Assembly (NCBI GenBank): GCA_008369845.1
Contig: MRSU01000287.1
Location: 1 to 35,279 of the forward strand
DNA length: 35,279 bases
From: Trichomonas gallinae
Taxonomy: Eukaryota
Reading direction: 5' to 3'
In this document: piece by piece, positions 20,801 through 30,250 of the stretch
Layout of the letters: each line of letters opens with the position of its first letter
Position numbering within the stretch: the stretch's first letter is position 1
Translations under genes and position numbers: made by a program
Notes under the pieces: generated by a model
What the model was told of the DNA's origin: nothing
The model's input: only the letters and a program-made list of their open reading frames with translations
Database searches by the model: none

Positions 20801-21779
20801 TATTTTCTGCTTGATAATTATTATCAAGAATCAATCTGAATTCGTACAAAATTAATTCTGGTATTTGATTAATGAGATTCATTATGTTAACATTTTTGAA
20901 TTGATAAGGATCCAAAGAGAAATTCTTTTGAATTACGAAAGAATTGATTTTTTGGGCTTCTTCCATTGCATCAAGTGTTGAAATGGCCGATTTAATAACC
21001 ATATTCAGTTGCTGGATTAAATCATTTTGGCGTTGAAGATCTAATATTTTTCGATGAGGATGCAAATCGCTGCTGATCGCATTTACCATGTCTGCAGCTG
21101 CATTCAGCGAGTCCTTTATTGAGTCATTTGATCTGACTCTCAGGAGATCTGCCTTCAATTCGTTTAATTTTTGATTTATTTTTTCGATAACGCTTTGATC
21201 TGGGATAACAGTTGCTACACCAGTTAAGTAATCGTCAAATCTATTTGTATAGCTTTCGAAATCGATCTGTAAAATGATACCTCGAAATTCATTAAAATAT
21301 TTGTAGAATTGTTTCCAAATATTTATGAAATCTTCAATCTTTGGAACAACAGTTGGATTTATGATCATTTTAAGGTAAAATGAATGGAGAGCAATGAAGA
21401 AAGAAACACAATGCGAAATTGTAACTGGAGTGAATGGTGTTTTTAGGAAGTAAATTGTTGCATGGCTCATAAAATCATCAAATGCCTGGGCAAATTTCTC
21501 TGTATTCACTGAATACGGAACTTTAAAAATTGGCTGTGGATCTAATTGAGTTTTTAGCTGATGAATAGCAGAAACTGACTCTAATATACTTCTCAGACCA
21601 GCATCATAAAACTGTTGTATATTTCCCACATTTAAAAAATATCGATTTTTATTAGAAGCTTCTTGAATTGAAAATCCTTGCGAATTCAGATGAAAGATGA
21701 AAATAGATAACTGCTTTTCAAGGTTGTACAGACGGGAATCGAGCAAAAGGGAAGAATCTAAATCCCTGATTTTCGACAT
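17811..21779 (-). CDS. Large alpha-helical hypothetical protein with C-terminal coiled coil (~1322 aa)
   Basis: Uninterrupted 4-kb ORF. Start placed at MSKIRDL because the upstream in-frame stretch crosses a homopolymer run and promoter-like repeats. Confidence 0.8.
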   Translation of the reverse strand: MSKIRDLDSSLLLDSRLYNLEKQLSIFIFHLNSQGFSIQEASNKNRYFLNVGNIQQFYDAGLRSILESVSAIHQLKTQLDPQPIFKVPYSVNTEKFAQAFDDFMSHATIYFLKTPFTPVTISHCVSFFIALHSFYLKMIINPTVVPKIEDFINIWKQFYKYFNEFRGIILQIDFESYTNRFDDYLTGVATVIPDQSVIEKINQKLNELKADLLRVRSNDSIKDSLNAAADMVNAISSDLHPHRKILDLQRQNDLIQQLNMVIKSAISTLDAMEEAQKINSFVIQKNFSLDPYQFKNVNIMNLINQIPELILYEFRLILDNNYQAENKFAKIKSIAKQYTEVNRKGITDQEILKELIKATEEYQVTRNAATEDKILEGLNKIINSQLTIQDNITSTRRVLKEYNNYTETLIKTQDQCIASFYRYVYFLNAQAHISIENKEYINGEFAAMCQRHNITLQCQLFGNHIREMGQVIKSALAMQSNVIEPQTSFLIQLKDYFLSLKSILKTWETLFPKRETKGFFMDWFSLFLEICHSNTEVALKRPFAEAVFPIISILPDPACIASALMIDEIAMKINEKLNEIGQIISTTEQQLRPSNSMQMLWHSEILMKKIGDIANTLEDVNLRIKFKLIYYNLYSIVSMTETSKTHIVKPPEKPLEIRDTMINLVGKVVQFMKKKLIAEAHYERLLTYFVNFYKYLFLDDIDNFRKQSLGIVNIIPLIDYSDHLLKAVQTLCYMKRIILNYLHSSLRTDASFTQAFNDLESAVYQVVVLAKFIDINSYAERLFKIAEDHSFTLADMLRTKWMIVSYYITIADTVSKMIESVHKLTVTKDGRPVINFTTAVNFYFALSKFLMSVPELQTDRVHEFNNLIHIVMNQELLMFQSIDPSFIESLKDGYALAKYSIETNVLEVTRQRLIPAITVLFSTISTTNCTPPVNCSEIIDRIIKASNQIAATTDINAIITNATAVSDLSFAMMQRMHPTEDVSAAYEELQSSLKLLFNMVTFSQFTLLGDLLTTRAGKVFSFDCPQFAIPLSEISTGGLDSYLPSLITHGAEIHSMFDEFFSYQMSNDLRQQGEALVSEYNTAVARLTTRLAQVVPDTISKAKDNSKQINSLKSLLSAKVELLSALKNEVEAAPGLDGEYMKYMTSMNKSINEMIATKTVFLEAQGKLASAKSVGDELDRQIEQYKAALEAKNDATAAKAKPIASVPLIISQNLQDAIDDNIRLRKELAMAKIGKKTAREEVSDLRRQLSALEKHKREWRFTEDQMQKNEDSTIAELENLKAMINDNKLPDSPDTLIRLVDRILMCINQYNGAREDAIGIRT

Positions 21780-21854
21780 CAATGGAACCTTAAGTTTTTT
21801 TTTTTTTATTTGACATGTAATTCTAATTTCCATGATTATTTGCCAAATGCTCGA

Positions 21855-21947
21855 TTTACGTGTCATGTTTCTATTTACATTGCAGAATTTTGTGTTTACA
21901 TAGCATAAATATTATATACATTGCAGAATTCATTGTTTACGTGTCAT
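21855..21947. repeat. Five-unit ~20-bp phased array of TTTAC(G/A)TN(T/G)CA in the divergent promoter
   Basis: TTTACGTGTCA 21855, TTTACATTGCA 21874, TTTACATAGCA 21895, TATACATTGCA 21915, TTTACGTGTCA 21936; opposite-strand TGACATGTAA at 21811. Confidence 0.8.
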
Positions 21948-22058
21948 AATACTTTTCAAAAATGAGAAATTTTTAAATAATTCGATTTTAAAAATGATTC
22001 TATGTATGGTTCAAATGTTTTTTTTTTTGAAAATTGGAAGAATTTTTTCAGAAAAAAG

Positions 22059-23501
22059 ATGGATTCCAGTGCGATCATGATAGATGATCGCTTTAATGAG
22101 TTTAAGCAGAAATCTTTGTTCATAGATTGCATTTTTACTTCATGGAATAAGCCTGAAATCAAAGCACATAGGATTGTTCTTTCAAAATATTCAACAGTTT
22201 TTAAGCAATACTTCGATAAGCATCCTTTTTCTCCTTCACAGATCAAAATGAACATTCCTTTCAACACGCCTGACCACTCATTCGCCAAAATAATCCACTT
22301 TTTTTATAATAAATCAATTGAGTTGACAAAAGACAATATTATCATAATGCTTGCGCATGCTGTCATATACGATATCAGAATTCTTCAACAAATCATACTA
22401 GATGTGATTTCAGATTATGTCAACAAATCCTCTGTAGTAAACTTCATGCGACAAATCATTTCAATCAATATTTCAGCAGATGCACACTCGAAATTTCCTA
22501 GTATAGAACAAAATTACGAAAGATATTTATACTCCATTGATTTTCTAGCGAATTATATAGCTATTAACTTCACAGTTGATGAATTATATCAAATATTTGA
22601 TTGTTTTAATCCTAGAATTCTCTCAATGATTCTAAAACATTCGATGATCCCATCATCAGTTAAAGTTAAGATAATTAACGATTTTGTCAAAAATTCGGTC
22701 ATAACCCAACAAGATATGATATTTTTAACATATACAATTGATTGGGAAGCACCTGATTCTTATTTATATTTAGTCAAATGCGATTGCAACTGGGTTCTCC
22801 CAAAAGTTTCAAGGCAATTGTACTCAAAAATCATAACTCAAAGAATAATTTCAGCAAAATCTTTTGAAACAAAAATTAATTCTTTATCAGACACTCAAGT
22901 AGTTCCAAACTCTGAAAACAAGGCACCACGGAAGTTCCAGAACTGGTTCCCGTTTGCTTGGATTACGCTTGTCGCTGATTCTGAAGGAAAAACTGAAACA
23001 CCTGAAGTCGAACTGTCAGAATACATTGGAACACTTGGTGGGCTTGTTAAATTCTTCAATCCAGTATCATACTACCTATTAGAATCACTTACTTCACCTC
23101 CAATGCATAATAAGAATTTCTCTGATGCATATTTATTCGAAGATTCGCCAAAATACTTCTTGACTTGCGGAAATCAGCCCAAGTTTATTGGATTTAAGAT
23201 GAGAATCCCATGCTTCAAGTTGAAATCGATTTTGGTTTCCTTCGACAATAGAGAGAGAGGAAAGCCAATGGAACCAAATACAAAGCTGATGTACCCTGAG
23301 CTAGGAAAGATGAAGTTATTAGTTTCAGATATAAATGGAAAAACAAAATTCCCAAATCCTGTTATTCCTGGTGTTAAGTTTGACTGCATGCAAACGCCAG
23401 TATCATTTATTTGCGTGATTCCTGATACACATCCTGAAAACACGCAAAGATGCCTCAGGGTCAGTCGTCTAAAGTCGTTCGGATCGTTTGATGTTGATTA
23501 G
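22059..23501 (+). CDS. BTB/POZ domain protein
   Basis: FIDCIF...IKAHRIVLSKYSTVF...FAKIIHFFYNKSIEL is a BTB signature. Likely start MDSSA, with Inr-like TCA at 22048. Confidence 0.9.
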   Translation: MDSSAIMIDDRFNEFKQKSLFIDCIFTSWNKPEIKAHRIVLSKYSTVFKQYFDKHPFSPSQIKMNIPFNTPDHSFAKIIHFFYNKSIELTKDNIIIMLAHAVIYDIRILQQIILDVISDYVNKSSVVNFMRQIISINISADAHSKFPSIEQNYERYLYSIDFLANYIAINFTVDELYQIFDCFNPRILSMILKHSMIPSSVKVKIINDFVKNSVITQQDMIFLTYTIDWEAPDSYLYLVKCDCNWVLPKVSRQLYSKIITQRIISAKSFETKINSLSDTQVVPNSENKAPRKFQNWFPFAWITLVADSEGKTETPEVELSEYIGTLGGLVKFFNPVSYYLLESLTSPPMHNKNFSDAYLFEDSPKYFLTCGNQPKFIGFKMRIPCFKLKSILVSFDNRERGKPMEPNTKLMYPELGKMKLLVSDINGKTKFPNPVIPGVKFDCMQTPVSFICVIPDTHPENTQRCLRVSRLKSFGSFDVD

Positions 23502-24113
23502 ATATAATACCATATAAAGTTGTTTGTTAGTTTTATATAATATTTTTATTACACTAATGATTTAGAACTAATATATCTATATTACAGTGAAATTACTGCA
23601 TAACTCATTATCCTGATATAACAATATAAAATTTGACGGAAAGCTTGTCGGATTACTGCTATATAGCTAAGGATCAATTTTTTCCTTAGCAATATCGAGT
23701 AAAGGATTTAAAATAAGAAATCGATGTTTTTTTTTTTTTTTTTCTCTTTCGTTTGTGAAGCATATGTAGATATCTCTCTAGTGGAGTGTTTTTCCGGACT
23801 AGATCAAAGCATATGAAAATAAACGTTTAAGATCAACATATTTGTAAGAAAAACATGACTGCATATGCGGAAAATATGGCTTTATCTTTCGCATACAGTC
23901 GAGAATTGTAGGATTTGTAATCGTATATGCTGTCGTTGATTAAAGCTTGAAGAAACTCTGAGAGAAACTTGTTATTTAGCGTTGGCAATATACTAGAAAG
24001 GCGTTTGATGTTTTGAGATTGTATTTTCCGGGCTCATAGTCACAGATTTTCGAAAGATTCCATCATCTGGTAGTATTAAAAGTTACATTTTGCAACAATT
24101 TACCAGAAAGAAT

Positions 24114-24172
24114 TGACATGTAAAATATATTATTTGGCAGAGGAAATGAAAAGTGACAAAGGGAACTCACTT
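24114..24172 (+). promoter_or_regulatory. PC4 promoter: TGACATGTAAA, M2-like AAAGTGAC, Inr TCACTT
   Basis: Motifs at 24114-24124, 24150-24157 and 24167-24172; ATG at 24179. Confidence 0.65.
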
Positions 24173-24178
24173 AGCTAA

Positions 24179-24457
24179 ATGTCCCTAGATAAGTATTCTG
24201 TCCAAGAAAAGAAGGAAGTTTCTTATGTCTTTCCTTTATCTGACGATGAGAAGGCCAAGAAGCGCGTCCAAGTTCATAAGTTCAAAGGAAAGTTTTTGAT
24301 TGATATCAGAGAACTCTACTGCAAGGATGATGAATGGTTACCAGGCAAGAAAGGAATTTCTCTTCGCATTGAAGACTTTAAGAAGCTCAAAGAGCTGATG
24401 CCTTTGATTGAAGAATCTATCACTGCCCTTGGAGGAAGCTTAGAAGATGAGGAATAA
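24179..24457 (+). CDS. SUB1: Transcriptional coactivator p15 (PC4/Sub1) ssDNA-binding protein
   Basis: KRVQVHKFKGKFLIDIRELY...WLPGKKGISL matches the PC4 domain. The stop lies in TAAA, as in the trichomonad polyadenylation signal. Confidence 0.93.
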   Translation: MSLDKYSVQEKKEVSYVFPLSDDEKAKKRVQVHKFKGKFLIDIRELYCKDDEWLPGKKGISLRIEDFKKLKELMPLIEESITALGGSLEDEE

Positions 24458-24642
24458 ACACTAAATGTAAGATTAATAATTTAATACATGATACTTTAAA
24501 ACCCTTCCTATCAATATAATATCAAAATGATTATGCGTTTCAGGAATTGATTACATATGCGATTCAAGTAGGATGTGGAAATGGTTTTGTTCGGTAACAG
24601 ATATTATTCTGCTTCAGGATTTAATGAATGAAAGTTGGTAAA

Positions 24643-24700
24643 TTTGACAGTTGTCAGAATAAATTTGTCAAATGTCAAAATATTTTGTCAAATGTCAAAA
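24643..24700. repeat. Three ~20-bp units TTTG(A/T)CA-N2-TGTCA upstream of the Cep135-like gene
   Basis: TTTGACAGTTGTCAGAA 24643, TTTGTCAAATGTCAAAA 24664, TTTGTCAAATGTCAAAA 24684. Confidence 0.8.
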
Positions 24701-24731
24701 ATTTAATATTGAAGACGTTTAATTAGAAGAA

Positions 24732-26237
24732 ATGAGCCGTAAAGGAGTACGTAGCAACTCGGCTCACTTTTTAGCACTGAGGAGGCGTCTAGATGCTATG
24801 GGGTATGCAGATTATCCTCTTGGTTTAGACTCAGCACCTCTCGCTCAGATTATGCTTGAAGATTTAGTTGCAACAACTGAAGCTTTGAGAGATTCTGAGG
24901 AGTCAAGTGATGGTGTGATGTACAAACTTCAAATTGCCGAACAACTTCTTGAACCACTACAAATAGAAAATACAAAACTTAGAAGAGACAACACTCAGCT
25001 TCATAAAGAGCTGATAACTGTTGGCGAAGAGACACTGAAGCTCCAAAATAAGCAGGCAACAATGCAATTCAACCTTCAAGCAGAAAATCGTCGAATTACT
25101 TTGCAAAAACAACAAGTAGAAGAGCAGTTGGATTTGACTAAGCAGGACTTGATTAGTGTCAAAGCACAGCTAGCACAAGCGCTTGAGCCAACTACATCAA
25201 AAATAAGCTCACGCGCTCCTAGTGAAAAATCATCAAGAAGGAGATCTTCATCAAAAGATTCGATTTCGAATATAAGCACATCGAGCATATTGAGTACAAG
25301 CCAAGTGGATATAGATTCTGTTCCTAAAAACGAATTTGATCAATTATCCAATGAAAACGAATATTTAAAGCAACAAGTTAATGAGTTCAGCACTCAACTA
25401 GAAGGATTTAAGGCATGTATAAAGCTTAGAGATGAAGAAATTGAAAGGCTGGGCAATGAACTCAACAAAGAAACCGGAAAGAATGGATATATCATCACTC
25501 TTCGCCACAAATGCCAAAAAGCAGAAGAAGAGGTCGAAAGGATGAAAACTCAAATGCGTCTTATTAATCCTAATGTTCAAAAAACAAACAAATCAGATTC
25601 AAAATCTAAAAAACAGCCAAAAGCTCCATTACAGATCTCAAAGATAACAATCTTTGATGTGCAGCAAGTAGAACAAATAGAGAATAAAGCCAAAGCTTCA
25701 CCACAAAAAATCGATAGCGAAAGACAAAAGAATACTGCTAATAATGAGCTTATCGAATCACTAACTGCCAAGCTAGAACAGAAAGAATCTATTATCGCTG
25801 AGCTTACTGCGGCTCTTGCATTTGTCGGAGACAACCTCAATAAATCAATTTTACTTGGTGGAAGTGACAAAGCGTTGGCCGAGATAGAAAGGAGGATGAG
25901 AGAAATGCAGAATCACTACGAGGCTGAGATCGATAAACTCACAGCAAAACTGAATCAAAATGGGTTTATTTCAAAGGACGCCGAGATTCAGAAAATGATA
26001 GCAAATACAGCATCTCTAGACTGTGCATTCAGGAATTCCAGCACGGAACAGAGCGAAATCGAAGAACTGAGGAAAAAGCTGAAAGAAGCGAACGAGCAGC
26101 TACAAATCAGGCAAGATTCCGATATCAGGTACCACACCATCCTGGAGCAGCTTAAGAAGGAGCATCAAGCTATGAAGAAAGAAATAGCGATGAAAACGGA
26201 AGAACTGGAGAAACTCAAGAAACGTCAGTCTAATTAA
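24732..26237 (+). CDS. Cep135/Bld10-like centriolar coiled-coil protein (short, 501 aa)
   Basis: FLALRRRLDAMGY...PLAQIMLEDLVATTEALR, LEPLQIENTKLRRDNTQLH and LRDEEIERL match conserved Cep135/Bld10 N-terminal blocks. Confidence 0.85.
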   Translation: MSRKGVRSNSAHFLALRRRLDAMGYADYPLGLDSAPLAQIMLEDLVATTEALRDSEESSDGVMYKLQIAEQLLEPLQIENTKLRRDNTQLHKELITVGEETLKLQNKQATMQFNLQAENRRITLQKQQVEEQLDLTKQDLISVKAQLAQALEPTTSKISSRAPSEKSSRRRSSSKDSISNISTSSILSTSQVDIDSVPKNEFDQLSNENEYLKQQVNEFSTQLEGFKACIKLRDEEIERLGNELNKETGKNGYIITLRHKCQKAEEEVERMKTQMRLINPNVQKTNKSDSKSKKQPKAPLQISKITIFDVQQVEQIENKAKASPQKIDSERQKNTANNELIESLTAKLEQKESIIAELTAALAFVGDNLNKSILLGGSDKALAEIERRMREMQNHYEAEIDKLTAKLNQNGFISKDAEIQKMIANTASLDCAFRNSSTEQSEIEELRKKLKEANEQLQIRQDSDIRYHTILEQLKKEHQAMKKEIAMKTEELEKLKKRQSN

Positions 26238-26348
26238 AATTGTCTTTGTTTTGTATTTAAATATATCATATTTTTGATCTACAGCTTTTAGGATAACAAA
26301 AATAAAAAAAAAATGTGTAGAGTATACCAAACAGTGAAATTGAGCGAT

Positions 26349-26987
26349 TTAATGGCGATGCTTTCTTGTTTGCTTCGCCTTTGTAGAAGCTTTCGGTGGA
26401 CCCTTTGGTGCTGGGCGGGCCTTAGAAGGCTTAAGATCATCCATTGAGTCTGAATCTTTGTTAGCCTTGTTATTCTTAAGATAATTGGAGTAGTTGATGG
26501 ATGTTGACTTGCGACAGAAGCATGTGTAAAATGCGCCAATTAAGAATAAAGCGCCGCTTAAGCCACCGATAAGGATGGCTGGATGGAAGAAAATATATTT
26601 GTAAGGGGATGTTTCTGTTGGAGTATTTTTAAGTTCTGTATAGTTAATTTGAATTTGAGTATAGGATTCTGTAACTTTCTTTGTGACAAGTTGTGTGTAT
26701 GATGGTTCTGAGTTTGCGCCACTTGTTGATGAATTAACAATAGTGTAATAATAAGATTCGATAATTGTTGTACCGTTGTAATATGATTCATTTCCACGAG
26801 AGGCAGAAGCTGGATTTTCGATAATTGTTGAGTTTGATGAGGCTTCTTCATAAACTTCTCTATCGTTTTGGAGTAATTGTTTTTCAAGTTCTGGATCAAA
26901 GTCATGAGCAACATTTTCTCCCTGTGGGACGGAGTCCTTTTGGGTAAGCTTGGAGAAGACAAGTAGGGCACAAAGAATTGGAATCAT
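26349..26987 (-). CDS. Type I membrane glycoprotein, hypothetical (~212 aa)
   Basis: Signal-like MIPILCALLVFS; S/T/N-rich ectodomain with sequons NST, NES, NGT, NSS, NYT; one TM helix (AILIGGLSGALFLIGAFYTCFC); basic Pro/Lys tail. Confidence 0.8.
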   Translation of the reverse strand: MIPILCALLVFSKLTQKDSVPQGENVAHDFDPELEKQLLQNDREVYEEASSNSTIIENPASASRGNESYYNGTTIIESYYYTIVNSSTSGANSEPSYTQLVTKKVTESYTQIQINYTELKNTPTETSPYKYIFFHPAILIGGLSGALFLIGAFYTCFCRKSTSINYSNYLKNNKANKDSDSMDDLKPSKARPAPKGPPKASTKAKQTRKHRH

Positions 26988-28310
26988 TATAATGTAATGT
27001 TCAAAGTTTTTGATAAAAAAATAATCGTTCTTTTCAAGTTTTTGAGACAATTTTCTTTACTTTTGACGGATTTAGATTTGCTATGTGATTAAATGCAATA
27101 TTTTAAAAGATTTGGAGCTTCAAAGAAAAACCTTAAAACACCCACTTAGCTAAACACTATTATATACCTTGATTAAACAAATTTTAATTAACGAGTTTAG
27201 TTAGAAAATATTTTTTACATTTTATCAAAAATTTGGTGAATTAAAATATTAACTTGATCATATTCTTTACGATATGTCTGTTGTTTTTTCGAAATAAAAT
27301 GAAATTTAGAAAATTTTTAAATATTTAGCAAAAATCTACAATTTCCAGGTTGATTTTTAGTTTTTTTCGAAATTACAAAACATGAAAGAGCTATTAAAAT
27401 TGCCTCGGAATCAGTTTATTCGTATTTTTGACATGGTTACTGATTGTATTCTATGGTTTTGCAATAAAAAAATTTTAAAACGCGAAATATTATGATTATT
27501 TAATCATATGAAACTTATTTCATATCAATTTTTCCATTATCTTTCATTTTGATAAATTTTGAAATTCAAATTCATTGTTAAACGGCCAATATGTGTAAAA
27601 TATAATTCTAAATGATTTATAACAGCTTATTATGATAATATTTTATCTTTTGATATTTTTTTCCAAAAATTTTAGCCACCAAAATGTCATGGTTTTAAAT
27701 GGTATTCATGTCAAAGCTAAAAGCTTAGGCATCTTCAATACTTCTTGTGGTAAAAGAGTAGTACATACTGAGTAATAGTGCTTAAATGAGAACGCATATT
27801 TACGTTGCTATAAACAAAAATTATTGCAATTAAATATCATCACGCATTTCAGTCCTACAAGCTAATTTGTGTATTTTTACACTATAAGCAGTCGATTTGA
27901 CATCAAGAAATGATAAACTAAAATTTGATAAATTTGACAATATTTTATTGAAAGCCCCATATTGCATCTTATCTAGCACCCGAGCATCTACATAGTTTAT
28001 GTATTAACATATGTTGGAACTGATCAGATATGCCTTACAATTTTCCAGCAATATACAAATTATTCTCTTTTTGGAAGTTTCCTCAAGCAAACTTTGTCAA
28101 TGAAAAATAAACATTTAAAAGATCGATATTCATAACTCTAAAGATCACATACAAAGATATATATGTATACTTGCACATTTAGTGACCATGGTTGCTAAAG
28201 TTCGTTGTTTTTAATATTATAGTTTTTGTCCATACCTTATCCAATATCATAATTCAATGTTTTTTTTCTTCCAAATCTTTTTATGTATCAATTCACAGTA
28301 TGTTATAAAG

Positions 28311-28432
28311 TCACGATTAGCCGTGTGAATTCACATGACAATTAGCCATATGAATTCACACTAGAACATAGCACTTTTGCTTCAGACCTATGAATTCACA
28401 TAAGAATTCACGATTAGCCATATGAATTCACA
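28311..28432. repeat. Cluster of TGAATTCACA repeats including three 25-bp units T(C/G)ACRATTAGCCRTRTGAATTCACA
   Basis: 25-mers at 28311, 28336 and 28408; additional cores at 28391 and 28403. TGTGAATTCACA (28324-28335) is a perfect palindrome. Confidence 0.88.
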
Positions 28433-28588
28433 TCAAATCTATTTTGAATCTCAATAATGGGGGATAAAGATGAGTAATCCGGTCACAAATATCCCTAGTA
28501 TTGATATTACAACTTTGATGGTAAAAATGTTTACATGTCAGATAGAACATATCTTACATTTGACATGTCAATTTTATTATATATTACA

Positions 28589-28686
28589 GGCGCCGACTCG
28601 ATTAATGAATTCCTCTCTCTATTCTATTCGGGTTCTATGAATTCCTGCATACAGAGATAGCCAATACTATATAGAGTCGGCTCGCC
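28589..28686. ncRNA. Candidate small structured ncRNA, unassigned family
   Basis: GC-rich terminal stem GGC-GCCGACTC / GAGTCGGC-TC-GCC (11 bp, 2-nt bulge) in very AT-rich DNA. Preceded by TTTACATGTCA (28530), TTGACATGTCAA (28560) and an AT-rich box. Confidence 0.4.
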
Positions 28687-30250
28687 AAGAAGTTATTAAT
28701 CATTTTCATATCGCAGTCCTACACATATGTTATTTAATGATTCGATATACTATTGTATGCTTTGCTATCATGAGAAAAACAACAAACACTTTTGGACCAG
28801 TCGTGTATAAAATTCTCATAAAAATAAATAAGTTTCAGATGCCGTTAGTAGCGTATGCGAGAAATATATCACGAGGAATCCTATCTTTATATAGATTTTG
28901 TGACTGATACTTGCATCTTTCTGTAAATTTTTCACAAGTTTCACTATATGTCTTGCTAGTTAACAGAAATGCATGTGTAAGACCAGCGAGATAATTAATG
29001 ACTATTGAATGCGTTTAAATTTTTGAAAATCCTGAAATAATGACAGAAATACATAGTTTCTGATTTACATAGTCATTTTATTTGATAAGATGATGATAGG
29101 AATCAGAAACAAGCATTTTTGGGTCAAATTTATTACTGAGAATATATGAACTTTCTTAGATTCTATTTTAAGTTAGATGAGTACCATGCATATCGTTTTA
29201 TCTAATAAAAAAATAACAAGCGAGCTTACAAGAACAGGCTTTACAGGTGCAAGATGAGCAAATTAAATGAAATCCATTGATTTTCAATTTATACGTCGAT
29301 AGAGCGCTAATAGATATAATTATAAAACTGTAGTTTGATTCTTGAGCGCTGAAAACGAGATTTAAAAAATGTGAATGAATAAAATAAAGCAGAACTGAGT
29401 TTTAATGAAGGATTCAAACTTAATATCGTTAAATGAATTTAGTGGTACAAGTATGTTAGCAAATTAAATGTAAACGTAAAACGAGAATTTTTTTTCGAAA
29501 ATTTGAAAATAATGTCAATAGAAACAAATTAGGAAATAAGAGGATAGCGTAGAATCATTTTATCGGCTCATCTTAGTTTTAATATCGCTCACATTTTAAA
29601 AAACGTAAAATAATGTCACTTTTATTATCCTATTTAGTAATAAGGAATTCTTCTAGCTGATGTCATGATTTAAAATAAAAATGAAAATGGATGATCATAA
29701 TATTCTATGAGTAGATATAATTAATTTGTGATGACGTTTTGAAAAGCACAAAAGAATAAAATTTTATTGTATAAAGTATTGACATATATCTGATGAAAAT
29801 TACATCCCGATAATTTTGATATGTATGATCTGAAAAGACATAAATTTCAAAAATTTGCATTTTTAAAATATACATAATTATTGCATGCATTTATTCTGCA
29901 AAATTTTGATGTCTCAAAATTGAATAAATATAATTTTAAATCTTCTCAATTTTATGCTCTATTATGGATTTATCCATTTTATTAATATCACGAAACGTAG
30001 CGATTTAGGAAATTGAAATTCTTCAGACATTTTTCAGAAATGGTATATAAATATAGGCAAACTATTTTGTGCGACTTTTCATAAAATAAAAATTGGTTAA
30101 AATTTGAATATACAATATTATATATTAGATATAGATCATTATTAAATGAAAATAAAAATTGAATCTATCAAGAAATCGATCGAAATAATCGAATATTCCA
30201 TATCTATATCATATTGGTTATATCCATCTCACAAAAGCTCAAACATATCA

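Noticed and set aside
28651..28661. ACAGAGA followed by AGC, suggesting U6 snRNA
   Set aside because: Spacing to the AGC triad is wrong and there is no U6 internal stem-loop or conserved flank.
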